A stretch of DNA of 63,967 nucleotides, filler included, from Choristocarpus tenellus KU-1152 (taxonomy: Eukaryota; Protista; Phaeophyceae), in the NCBI GenBank assembly GCA_964200185.2. It is 8 parts of 8 records of this genome, joined end to end, with 100 filler letters (N's around TTAATTAATTAA, not from the genome) between each part and the next. Parts side by side here need not be neighbours in the genome. Positions count along the whole stretch, not along the records: positions 47,066 to 53,105 come from CAXNAD020009095.1; positions 53,206 to 57,641 come from CAXNAD020014562.1; positions 57,742 to 60,606 come from CAXNAD020024109.1; positions 60,707 to 63,967 come from CAXNAD020021197.1; 4 more parts are not named here. One strand, given 5' to 3'. The position numbers and the translations under genes are program-made. The notes beneath the pieces were generated by a model that did not search any database, was not told the origin of the DNA, and saw only the letters and a list, made by a program, of their open reading frames with translations. Of the stretch, positions 52,804-63,967 are shown in pieces; positions within the stretch are counted from its first letter, which is position 1; each line of letters begins with the position of its first letter.

Positions 52804-52908
52804 CAGGATAAAGCAGTGCAAAGGCCAAGGGAGGGGGTATTCAGTAGACAACGTTACCGTAGAGCAGCGGAGGTAAGCCTTTTGTTTGCTGCACCAGAAA
52901 GCTATAGA

Positions 52909-53105
52909 GAGCCAAAGTATCTTAGAGGGTAGAGCCGCGTCCATCTGGGGGCCAAAATCTGATTTTGCGATTTTGATATAATTTTGCCCATTGTGTTTGT
53001 TAGAAAGCGTCAATATCCATGTTCTGGGCACAACCTTTCAGAACGTATATATTTTACCTACTCCGAAACATTTTGGAGTAGGAAAATGTCATCAAAATAC
53101 CTATG
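52909..53105 (+). mobile_element. MITE family B copy, truncated by gap
   Basis: GAGCCAAAGTATCTTAGAGGGTAGAGCCGCGTCCATCTGGGG... Confidence 0.85.
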
Positions 53106-54511
53106 NNNNNNNNNNNNNNNNNNNNNNNNNNNNNNNNNNNNNNNNNNNNTTAATTAATTAANNNNNNNNNNNNNNNNNNNNNNNNNNNNNNNNNNNNNNN
53201 NNNNNGGCAAGCCCCCACCCCCCATGCATTCTCCACCTCCCCCACTGCCTCTGTCCATGGGGTAGGGTCAGTGCAATAGTACTACTGTGCAGATATCCTC
53301 CCGTAGATTTTGAAAATCGATGCAGTGATAGTGTCAATGCTGTTCATGGTAACGTTGGTGGGTGGGTGGTGTCAACTACAAATTGGTGGTGTGTTAGAAT
53401 TTTTCATCAGGTCAGGCAAATTCAAACAGTCAAAGTTCGCAGTCGGTCATTTGATGAATGTTTTCTGTCACGCCTTTGACCAGGTCCGGTCCATGAAGAT
53501 ACTGCCATGATCCGCTCTATGACCCGAAGTGATTGAAGTGTTTTAAGCCATGCATCAGAATAATGTCCACCGATATATTGTGACCGTGTGGTGTGATGTA
53601 CTGTGACAGTATGGTTTGTGGACCAGCCCGATTCCAGTGTTTTTTTTTTGTGTATTTTGCAAGGTCGGTTCAGGGTAATCACACCATTTTGGGGTTGGGT
53701 TCACAGGTTGGACAGGTCTATTCCCGACTCAGTCTGAATCCAATAGATCGGTCCCTCTGTTCTCGGCGGTCCGTGAGTAGATTCTTGTTTGCGAAGTGTC
53801 GATCGAAGTGTCAAATTCCTTCTTTTTCTTTTTCTTTTTGAGAAGTGTTGTAATATATATGTGTGACGGTAGTTCTTGGAATTGGTAGTATAAAACAACA
53901 AATAATAGGCACTTTCTTCAGATAGTCTCGGAATCTTCTATGTTTCAAACCCCGAGAAAGATACCGACACGGTCAGTCAACAAGCTTAATTATGTCGAGG
54001 GATCAAAATATTAGTGTGTTATCTGGCCGTTGATGCATGAAGAATGCGTGTCCTGTTTCTCTGCCCTGACAACACCTGTAAGGAGGGTTTTTCAAACGAT
54101 GTCAGAGGGGTCAGAGGGGGCTAAAGAGTCATTGGTCGGTGTAAGTACATAAAAATGTTATTTTTTGAGGTAGGTTCCTTGTTTTCTTGTTATTCAAATA
54201 CACTACAACTATAGAAGTCATCTCGTGTTGTCCTCAATGTAGACTGTTGTTGTGGGTTTTGCATTCATTTCCTTCTTTTTTTTCTTTCTCTTCTTCCCTC
54301 GATAGCAATACCTGCAAAATGTGAGTGGACACAATAATAATAACAATAATCTTGACTATTTCAACATATGCATGTAGTTCCAGAATCATCATAATCTTAT
54401 TCGTTCTCAGAAAAAAAACATACAGTTTGTTAGTAGTCCGGACACAGTTGGCTCTTGGATTCGTACACACTACTGGTACTGCTGGTGTATTAGAAGGCCC
54501 TATAAGCAGCA

Positions 54512-54680
54512 GGCTCAAAGTATCTGGGGGTTTACAAGAGGGCGTCCATTCAGGCCCTGACCAGGAGAAGTGCACTTACAATGTCCATCGGGCGCATGCA
54601 ATAAAATCACACAAAAGTCGTGACATGGAAAAATGGGCCCCGAATGGACAGTCACCACTATCCCCCAGATACTTTGAGTC
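54512..54680 (+). mobile_element. MITE family A copy with 4-bp TSD AGCA
   Basis: agca|GGCTCAAAGTATCTGGGGG ... CCCCCAGATACTTTGAGTC|agca. Confidence 0.9.
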
Positions 54681-54771
54681 AGCACAGGCTACTTTTTTTT
54701 GTTTTGCATCATTTGCCTTGTACCCTGTTTCTTGCGTCCTCAAGACAACAATATCAACAAGAAGTCCGTAA

Positions 54772-54950
54772 GGCTCAAAGTATCTGGGAGGGGGGGGCGG
54801 GTCTACACCAGGGTGTCCATTTGGGTCCTGACCAGGAAAAGTGCATTTTCGTTATCCATCCGACACATGCAACCAAATCACCCATAAATTGCAACATCGA
54901 AAAATGGGCCCCGAATGGACAGCTGCCCCCCCCCCCAGATACTTCGAGTC
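54772..54950 (+). mobile_element. MITE family A copy
   Basis: GGCTCAAAGTATCTGGG ... CCCAGATACTTCGAGTC. Confidence 0.9.
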
Positions 54951-55432
54951 ATTAGCGTAAAATACATGGCATGTAAAAATTCTTCTATGTTTAGTGTAAT
55001 TATTATAATAGTATATTGAGCTTTCGATAGAAGTTTTCATTATCCAACTACATTTTTATTCATCTCAGACAACTTCATTGGAGTATGAAGGCTTAAAAAA
55101 ACTCTGACGGTGGAGATTGGCCTTGTTTTAACGTATTGTATGGGGGCAGGACCATGACTAGGTTCGATTGAAGTTACGATGGCCTGGACTTGTCTCTTAA
55201 CATTTTTAACTGGGACCAACCCGTGGTCCAGTGGTAGTCTTGCATTTTAGTGTTGCACACGATTTTGTACCCACGACCAATTTTACATGCACGTAAAATA
55301 ACGCGATTTAAAATTTCAAAGATAATATGGTAACATTTGAAGCAAATTCAAATAAAATGGGGCTTTTTTTGGAACAAGATTAGGAGAGAACACTATGTAG
55401 TATGGTAAAATTCAATGTACGAATCATATCAA

Positions 55433-55611
55433 GGCTCAAAGTGTCGGGGGTGGGGGGGTGGCGGCTGTCCATTTGGGGGCAATTTTTTCATGTCGCGATT
55501 TTTGGGTGATTTGGTTGCATAAGTTAGGTCGATAATGTAAGTGCACTTTTCCTTATTATGGGCCAAATGGACACCCTGGCATAGACCCCCCCCCCCGAGA
55601 TGCTTTGAGCT
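55433..55611 (-). mobile_element. MITE family A copy
   Basis: GGCTCAAAGTGTCGGGG ... CCCCGAGATGCTTTGAGCT; flanks tcaa/taaa. Confidence 0.85.
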
Positions 55612-57756
55612 TAAATGTAATGCTTTCTTTCTCCCCAAGAAATTAACCAAGTTCGTAATCAGACACACGACCATTGTGACCACATTACCAAGAACTGTCA
55701 GAGGAATGCGTGGGTTCAGACCTGGTCAAGGTCAGATTTTTCCAGGAAGATTTGTTCTGAATGTACAATGTGGCAAGCACAAGAAGATCATACCCCTACA
55801 ACCTCCTCCTGTGTGTTGCTAAGCTACACAAAAAGAAAAAAAAGATGGAAAACCTAGTTTGGAATGGTAAAGTTTCATTGCGACCTGGCAAAGTACTGTA
55901 TTTGAGGGAGGGGGCAGAGAAACAAACTGTGGGATGACTGAACGCAACATGCGAGGAAAATGCAAGACACGAATGGGACAGTTACCTACTCACGATGCAA
56001 CAGTTAATAGTAGCGAGTGGAAGGTAGTGCCTCTGACCATAAGTCGCACTTGTTCCGTGGGGTTGAGGTAGGTTCCTGTTCCCAGACTGAAGTGGAGATT
56101 ATAGAAAGATGTAAAATTAATGACATACATACTACCTCTGACCAGGAAAGTAGCATTGATTTGGATGTAGCAGAAATGTAGCATCAACTTAGGCAACACT
56201 TCAAAGTATGCACATTCAAGGGGTCGTAGATGGTACTTTTGAGTAGTTTGTAGTTGAAGTAGTCAAGAATATGTGGTGATTGTGTGTAGTCCATGACTGG
56301 AAAGGCCTCTCATAGGAGATTCCAAATTTCAAGTTGAGGTCTTGGTTTCACCCTTGTAGGAGTTTCTTCCCCAATAAACAAATGTGAGTAGAGTGCCATA
56401 TTTGAACTGACCAATTCGAGTGCGCTCTTCACGATTGTGAAATAAGCTTGAAAACATTAGTTGATGGAAATGAGTCCGACATTAAAAAGTCCAAATCAAA
56501 GCAACCTTCCTCTCAAATTCCCGTTTGTTGTCTGCCACTCCCCACTACAGTTCCTCCCAACATAAGGTTTCGGGGATAACAATCACATCAGCCCCATTTG
56601 GTCTGTAATATGGTCCATTGACCTGAAAACACTCATCTAAACATTTGTCAATATTGTTCATTGTTTTTAATACATGCAACAGTACCAGTAATAGCAATGA
56701 TAGTGGTAATGGTAGCATAAGGTAGGGTGGTCTTATCAAACCTGTTTGGTTAGAGGTCCAGAAAAAGAAAAGTGACCATTTTCCAGTATGAGAAAAGGAC
56801 GAACAACATTTTTCTAGTCTCGAACCCCTAAAACATCAAAAATCTACGAACGAAGATAAGTTGACAATTATGAAACGGATAGTTCACGCTCCAGAGATGT
56901 AAGTGTGTATTTAGTATACCCAGTCAATGGTGCATTCCATTGCCTCCCTTTTGGATTGGCTTCCTATTTCTTTCGTCTTAGTGTTCCAAACTAGTGTCTG
57001 AACCAGTATCTCGAGACTTGAATGATGTCTTACTAATAAAATGCCATATTGATTCATTTCAAACTGGACGTTCAGCAAGTTCAGGGCGATGCATGGGGCA
57101 CTCCATCTCCGATCCTTTGACTATGTGCAGCATGGACTGAGTGGGGGCGAGGATATCCCCTAATCTTTTGGGGGAAAGCACTTTTTATTCATACCTCTGG
57201 AAATTGGCCCTAGCCTAGAGTCTCTTACCACATAATTTGGTATGTAAAGAGTCATAGCATCACGGAGGGGGGTGATATTGAGTGTATGGAGAGACCTTTG
57301 TTACTGTCTTACGGTGCTTATCCTCAGAGCACTCTGAAGACATTTTCAAGATTGCGTGGACAGGTGCTCTTCTTTCCTATTCCAGAGTCAAAATTTGAAA
57401 ATGTCCCACAGTTTAAGGTGTAGAGTACACACAAGATGATTATGACTACTAACAGAGTATTACCAAAGTCCAACATCGTGAGATACAGAAAGGAATTTAT
57501 TATATAGGTTCACCAGTATTGTGGAATAACTAGGGAAGGAATCCGTCCTTCATCAAGACCCTTGAAAAGAGCATGAAACAGCCTCTCACCAAAATTGAGG
57601 ATGGAGCATACTATGGAGGATGGGTTTGTCCCAAAATGGTGNNNNNNNNNNNNNNNNNNNNNNNNNNNNNNNNNNNNNNNNNNNNTTAATTAATTAANNN
57701 NNNNNNNNNNNNNNNNNNNNNNNNNNNNNNNNNNNNNNNNNGCTCTATCTACAAAC

Positions 57757-57938
57757 AAAAGTATCTTGGGGGGGGGGTCTATATCAGGGTGTCGATTTGA
57801 ACCATGATCAGGAAAAGTACACTGACATCATCCATCCGACGCATGCAACTAAATCACCCAAAAATCACAACATGAAAATATTGACCCGAAATGGACAGCC
57901 ACCTGCCCCCGCCCCCCCGCCCCCAGATACTTTGAGCC
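57757..57938 (+). mobile_element. MITE family A copy
   Basis: AAAAGTATCTTGGGG ... CCCCAGATACTTTGAGCC. Confidence 0.85.
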
Positions 57939-58491
57939 TCGTCCTCAGTCACCTGCGAGTTTTATATAGGAGATGTAAGGCTTTGGTTCCATACCACGCC
58001 GGGAGAAGAACAAGACTTCATTGAAGTCGCGCTCATCCTCAGTCACCTGTGAGTTTGGAACCATTCATGACAAAAAAAGGGCAATCAATCATTGCGAAGG
58101 CGGTATTCGTTGAGATGTGGTGCCTTTTCGGCAGTCAAAAAAAAAAAGCAAAAAAAAAAATCGATTTTGAAATATATGACAGTGCCCCTAGAGTGTTTCA
58201 ATACGTAGTCATTTGAAAAGTGTATGGCAAGAAGGATGTGAACCTCTGTGCGTGGCATACAATGCTGAACGATGATTGGAAGGAAATCATGTCTATTTCG
58301 TCGAAGAATCGGGATCACTTCTTTGGAACAAGCCAAAACGGATCAGGGATATATTCACAACACTTGTGTGCACACATGGAGATGAAGTTAGTCTCGTTGT
58401 TACTGTTAAAATAATACACTTCGGAAAAATGAAAAAACAGCATGGAGAGTCAAAAACAATCGAGAGGTACCAGAAGAGTTGCATTTATAAA

Positions 58492-58733
58492 GAGTGAAAG
58501 TATCTTTGATTGTGTACGAATTTTGCCTCGTTTGTCCGTTTGGGGCTTGGTTTCCCACGTTTTTTTTCTTATATTTTCCCCCTCCAAAATGTTTCGGAGT
58601 AGGTAAAATGTATACGTTATGAAGAGGTGTGCCTGGAACAAATATGTTAACAAACACGATAGCCAAAATTACACCAAAACCACAACATTGGATTTTGGCC
58701 CCCAAATTGACGCGGCTCTACCCTCTTTGACTC
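58492..58733 (-). mobile_element. MITE family B copy (degenerate partial copy also at ~58945-59190)
   Basis: aaa|GAGTGAAAGTATCT ... TACCCTCTTTGACTC|aaa. Confidence 0.85.
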
Positions 58734-59473
58734 AAAGATGCTGACAAGTACATGTGCACGAATTCGCCTATTTTTTTCAAATGCAAGTAGGATATTTTTG
58801 TGAATTGTGTCGAAACGTTTAGTTCTTAAACAATAGTGAAATCAATGTTCTCAAGTCGAAATTAGTACTTGATCCATAGAAGAATGAGTGAATCCCAAAA
58901 GATAGAAAAAACTAACTTAAACGGAAAACCGTGCCAAAGCATTTAATAGAGTAGGGCCGCGTCTGTTCGGGATCATAAATCCAATGTTGCGATTTTGATA
59001 CAATTTTGGCTATCGTGTTTGTTAGCAAGTGTCAATATCCTTGCAATGGATACATATACCTTTCATAGTCGTACACAGCTTAGGTTAACTGTGTTCACAC
59101 GGAAAACCGACAAAGGGAAAAAAACCCCCGTGGAGAGCCAAGCTCCGAACGGACAAACAGGGTAAAACTCCTACCCTCTTAAATCCATTGACACCTATCT
59201 GCAACAGTGCTGTTTCTCGTGCACATCTTGACTCACTCATGTTGCTTACTCCCTGCAGGCAACTTCGCTACAAAGTGAAACTCTATGTGTTAGGTGCTTT
59301 CTTTGTCACGTTGAAAAGTAGTGTCTACTTGCAAGCGACTATGAAATGCATGAAAGACACAAACAACCCGAGGATACGTAACTAAAGACATGGGACTAAA
59401 ACAAACATACAGTCAAAAGAAGATACATACACACACACACATGCGCGCGCGCGCGCGCACACCAATGATTCAC

Positions 59474-60254
59474 TCTGGTCAGCGTAAGCCCAGTACTTCT
59501 TCTCCGCATGGCATATGACGGGCCTTCCTCGGGGGTGCCGTTGCTGTTCTTTCTGCTGGGCTGCGCATATGATGCTGTTTAGAACGGACTGGTCCCTCCT
59601 TTGATTTATGAAGGTGGCATCCTCAGGCCACAGGACCTTGGCGAAGTTAGGTCAGGGTTAGGGAAAGGTTAATCGTTCGCAAGTACAAACAGGTACAAGC
59701 CGTAGAGCAAGGGCTGATCTTATTTCTTGCTGCAAAGAGATTCTATGAGGACGACCAGGCTGGGACAAACAGACCTCTCTCATAACGAGGGCATTGCTGG
59801 GAAAACGCGCCTTTTTCACATGGAAGTAGTAGGTACAAGGTCAGTGGTGTAATGTGCAGATTGAGAAGACTGAAACTGGGATGAGTAGGACCGCGTTTTT
59901 TGTCATGGTGCGCGCCCTGGTGTCGAGTCAGGGCTTAACTAACACCCAGTTGACAATGAAACTTTGTTTCTTTGCATTATTTCGAGCGTGAGAAAGTGAA
60001 CAACTCACCGTATCCACCTGAAACGCAACCATATCCATGTCACCTATACATCATCAGATTCTGCAACAGCTATGATGGATCCACTCAGTACAAACCCCTA
60101 TTCAAGCAGGTCACAAGCGAACCTTCGGGTCCCAGCATCCCTCTGCCATGGGGTTGAGGAGGTTAAGGTGACCCCAACTCCCCTTAACAAACCCCATGAA
60201 TGCTGAAGTACACTCCATTTGGAAATGGTCAGGAACGGTGCAGCCGAAGTGATC
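59474..60254 (-). CDS. DUF1647-like (glycosyltransferase-fold) gene fragment; exons 60254-60123 and 59636-~59474; possible frameshift
   Basis: Spliced DHFGCTVPDHFQMECTSAFMGFVKGSWGHLNLLNPMAEGCWDPK|VLWPEDATFINQRRDQSVLNSIIC matches the C..D..CI.P.G....NHR.DQS.L pattern; neither exon appears in the ORF track. Confidence 0.6.
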
Positions 60255-60447
60255 CTTATTCCGGGAGAGATTCAATGTGTAGGTCAAAAGTCAAAGAGCA
60301 TGTGTGAGTTGAGTCCATTTTGTAAATTTGTGAGAGTCTCATGATTCAAGTTTAACTAAAATACCACCAGTGTATCACCAAGAAAATCAACACATTGTTT
60401 GAAACACAGAGATTTTTTCCCTTGTCATAATATTTTTACAAAAACCT

Positions 60448-60606
60448 GACTCAAAGTATCTAGGGGGGGGGACTCGACACCATGATGTCCATTCGGGCCC
60501 TGACCTGGAGAAGTGAACCTACATTATCCATCCGGTGCATGCAACCAAATCACCCAAAAATCATAGCATGGAAAAATGGGCCCCGAATGGACAGCCGCCA
60601 CCCCCC
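60448..60606 (+). mobile_element. MITE family A copy, truncated by gap
   Basis: GACTCAAAGTATCTAGGGGG…ccccgaatggacagccgcc. Confidence 0.85.
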
Positions 60607-60706
60607 NNNNNNNNNNNNNNNNNNNNNNNNNNNNNNNNNNNNNNNNNNNNTTAATTAATTAANNNNNNNNNNNNNNNNNNNNNNNNNNNNNNNNNNNNNN
60701 NNNNNN

Positions 60707-60779
60707 AAACACCCATGGGAAGCCAAGTCCCAAATGGACAAACAGGGCAAATCTCCTACCCTCTAAGATACTTTCACTC
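60707..60779 (+). mobile_element. MITE family B right end
   Basis: ccaaatggacaaacaggg…TACCCTCTAAGATACTTTCACTC. Confidence 0.85.
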
Positions 60780-60780
60780 A

Positions 60781-63700
60781 GCTATACAAGGATTTTGCAA
60801 AGAGGCAATACGGGTGTATCCTTACGACACTTCCAAGCGGGTAAGCAAGGCGCACTTCCTTCGATTGCTCAGAGAGGACAGGCCCAACATCAGGGTGAAG
60901 GTAGGAGGCGAATTTATGAAATGTGATATACGTGTCACGTTAAAAGAGAAGCGGCACGGTGCGCCTGGTATAAAACCCCCGAACGACTCCACCGTCCTCG
61001 AGTCCATTGACAAGGAGCTGTCAGACCATCGAAAGGTAGGTGTCCAGCGTTAATTTTGCGATAATCGTACAGTAGCAATATGTTGCCGTCATTGCGAGTC
61101 AAAATATCTTAGAGGGTAGAGCCGTGTCCATTTGGGGTCCAAAATCCAATGTTACAATTTTGATGTAATTTTGGCTATCGGGTTTGTTTGGATGTGTCAA
61201 TATCCTTGTTCTGGACACAAGTTTTTATAAAGTATACGTTTTACCTACTCCAAAACGTATTGGAGTAGGTAAAACGTCATAAAAAAACGTGGGAAGGCAA
61301 GCCCCAAATGGACAAACAGGGCAAAAATCGTACCCTCTAAGTTACTTTCACTCTGCCGTCCATTGGGTTCACATCTGTTGCCTTTTGCGAATGAAAACTC
61401 CGATGCAGGTGCTTATGGCAGCAGCAGCAGCCTCACTCAGCGCCAAACTGTTGTTATTAGTTGCCCAAACACCTTGTGTGGTGGACTGTTTACTGGTCGT
61501 CTACAACGGGCTGTGGGAGGGACATGTGATTTTGCGGTCTTCTGGCCCCGTACGTACATACTTGCTCCTGTGCCGATAATACTGCCTTTGCCTTGAATGC
61601 AGCAGTAAAAAATAGGAGCAAAGATAAAGCTTTATTGTAACCTACACTCGATTTTTGTCTCGTACCTGGTACATGTTAACAAGTGGCCATTTTTTTACAC
61701 CTATAAGCAGATTGTTTTGATTTATAGACTTGATGTTGCTCTCCCCCGTTCGCCAGATTATCCAAGCGGATCGGCTGGTCATCGCCAACAATACCAGCAG
61801 CGCCATGCGGGCCAAAGCCGACGGCAAACCTCTCGACTTCGTGTTCATGTCTGTAGACGCGGCGAACCAGACATCCCACGCCCTCCCAGCACTTTACCCA
61901 CCTACCAACGGCGGTGACAGGTAACCACACGCACGCATAGTCCATTTGCCAACACGTTTGCAGCCGCACGCAGAAGAGAATAGACCACCCTGTTTTATTC
62001 AACGAGTGAGTGCAAAGTCCCAAGAAATAACCGCGGAAACAGACGCACATAATTCCACTACCTATTCCGTTCATCATGGTAATGACGCCCTGTAACACTT
62101 TTCTTTGCACCTTTCTTTGGTTCATGTCCTTATTGTCAGGTTTCTACTCCGAGCACTAGAAGATCATGGCCGCACACGTCGAAGGCCAGTTCGCGGAGGT
62201 GTTCTTCACTCCTCAAAATCTTGGAGGAGGTACGTATTGTGGGTTGTGGCACGACAATCTCACGGCCGAACAGATGCTGGTTGCGCATGCACCACTTGAT
62301 TGGCGCCGTGGTGAGGGGACCTACCGGAGGTTAGATACCCGAGGACGAGTACATCCTTGCACGATTTGCCTACAGATACCGTAGGCCTGGTGAACAGTCG
62401 ATTATCTGATGATGCGCTGTACTCCCCTGCCCTCGTACGTCTCAGCTTCGGAAGGGCAAGAGGAGTATAAGAGCTAATCAAGGAGGAGGGAAACCGACAG
62501 ACATCTATATCAGCCAGTCGAGTGTATGTGCTATACATCGCAAAAACACATCGCATTACCCCTCTTTTTAGCTCCAAGAAAACAATGCATAAGTAAGCAG
62601 AGTACTATTTGTCAACTAATGACAGACATTATCGTTCGCGCAGGTTGTAACCTTGTCTACACAGCCACCCACCTTGCCCTCACAAGGCTTATCGACAAGT
62701 ACCACAACAGCCTCGATCATGCGGGGCGGGGAGTTGCATCATCCAGCACGCGCATTGACAGGTAAGAAAGTTTCATCTTGAGATGATCTACTTGTGATCT
62801 ACTCGCTGAATAGCGGCCACCAAGTAACTAACAGCGTGTTATTTAGTGTTGGTTTGTGGGTTGCAACTTGCATGTATGATGGGGGTGATGTAGAGCTTGC
62901 GCTCTAGCACTACTGGAAACGCGCCCTGTTTCTCCACGAAACGTGGTGAAACGGGCTGACATATCGGCCTCACGCCTATCCCTCCCTCGCTCCCCACTCC
63001 CCAAACTACCCAGGTCAACAACTGCGTCTCAGAGAACAAGAACAATTTCTTTCTCGGATGTGCGGGGCTGTTGGTCGCGGCAAGTGTCATTCGTGTGGTC
63101 GAGATAAATTTTATGATGGTGGGGCACACGCACATCAAGATCGATCAGATCTTCTCCAGGTAATTAAGCATGCACTGTGAATGCGATAGCCACATGGTGT
63201 TTTTACATGGACAGATACTGCCTTGAGGCTTGCAGTTCACGCTTGTGGCCACTCTGGAAGGTTTATGGCCATGCACTACGATTGATTGATTGACTTTTGA
63301 TTTCCTCACAACAAAATAGCACGAGACGAGCAGCTGGCAAAACTGTATTGTAACCCAGCCTCGAAACAAAACAAAAAGAAATGTACGCATCACCCCTTTT
63401 TATTTTTATACGTCCATATACATGCATCAGAGCATGTGCTTGCATATACATCTTGCTTCTCCACTTCTATGTTATTTTAAACCAAATCCAACACATCCTA
63501 TGTTGGCATGTAATACAAAAAGTAATACCCATCTACACAGGACAAGAACGCAAGGGCAACGGCTCTCTGTCTTCATTAATCCTTTCGCGAGGAAACGACC
63601 ATGACAGCTTTTAGCTAAGCTCTTCGTCCTCCCCGTAGCTACACCCAGTATCATCTGTCCACAAATATCCACATCGTCCTGAAACCTCCTGCACCGTCTT

Positions 63701-63967
63701 CCGCCGCCTGCTGTACCGATTCGACCACATACCCCCCCTGGAGACAACCCAACCATTCTTTTCTCCTTCCTCACGTGGATCGCCGCCTATTCTTCTAACA
63801 TTGCGTCTTCTATGGGGTTGAAAGTTCACAAGCGCACGTGCGTCTCGCCCACGTTTCTTTCGCGCCTGCCTCAAAATTAACTTGCTTGCATTTCACCTTC
63901 AGGTTCTCACGTGGTATCAAAGGGAAGAACATCTTCACAAGAACACAGCTGGGTGAAGAGCTGCAGG
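60781..63967 (+). pseudogene. Intron-rich Sola-like DDD transposase, decayed; exons ~60781-61035, 61757-61920, 62140-62229, 62644-62761, 63014-63159, 63903-end
   Basis: FLRLLREDRPNIRV..FMKCDI(R), FMSVDAANQTSHALP, IMAAHVEG..GGGCNLV, VNNCVSENKNNFF and INFMMVGHTHIKIDQIFSR|FSRGI (DNCxxENKN and VGHTHxxIDQxFS hallmarks); frameshifts and stops at ~62157 and ~62756. Confidence 0.8.
61096..61353 (+). mobile_element. MITE family B full copy with 3-bp TSD TGC, inside a transposase intron
   Basis: tgc|GAGTCAAAATATCTTAGAGGGTA ... TACCCTCTAAGTTACTTTCACTC|tgc. Confidence 0.9.

Noticed and set aside
54512-55611. Clustered palindromic ~180-bp repeats as an array or ncRNA
   Set aside because: TIR structure, a TSD and dispersed copies in both orientations identify them as MITEs.
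55620-57641. Possible decayed coding sequence
   Set aside because: The frames I translated contain frequent stops and no family motif I can support.

Overview
Eukaryotic, intron-rich, repeat-rich DNA, most consistent with a brown alga or related photosynthetic stramenopile (inferred from gene architecture, plastid-type presequences and TTAGGG motifs). The window is a concatenation of 8 contigs joined by an artificial N~44-TTAATTAATTAA-N~44 linker (about 4846-4945, 9133-9231, 18500-18599, 46966-47065, 53106-53205, 57642-57741, 60607-60706), so synteny across linkers cannot be assumed. Splicing exons by hand gives three apparently complete genes: a 5-exon CtpA/S41 PDZ peptidase (-), a divergently transcribed ~11-exon alpha/beta hydrolase (+), and an 8-exon coiled-coil + LSD1-type zinc-finger protein (+). 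Partial genes include an Abhydrolase_5-type hydrolase, a DUF1647-like gene, a membrane protein and a nested acidic-repeat exon. The rest is decayed transposons (mariner, Tc1/IS630-like, intron-rich Sola-like, probable Plavaka/CACTA-like, LINE and CRE-like fragments) and at least 14 copies of two related MITE families. The best novelty candidates are: (i) a six-unit nested acidic hexapeptide repeat that splices in phase onto membrane-spanning exons, (ii) two MITE families sharing terminal and subterminal boxes next to a spliced Sola-like transposase, and (iii) a 132-aa hydrophobic insertion splitting the CtpA PDZ domain. No finding is established as a new system; all need database, structure or RNA-seq checks.
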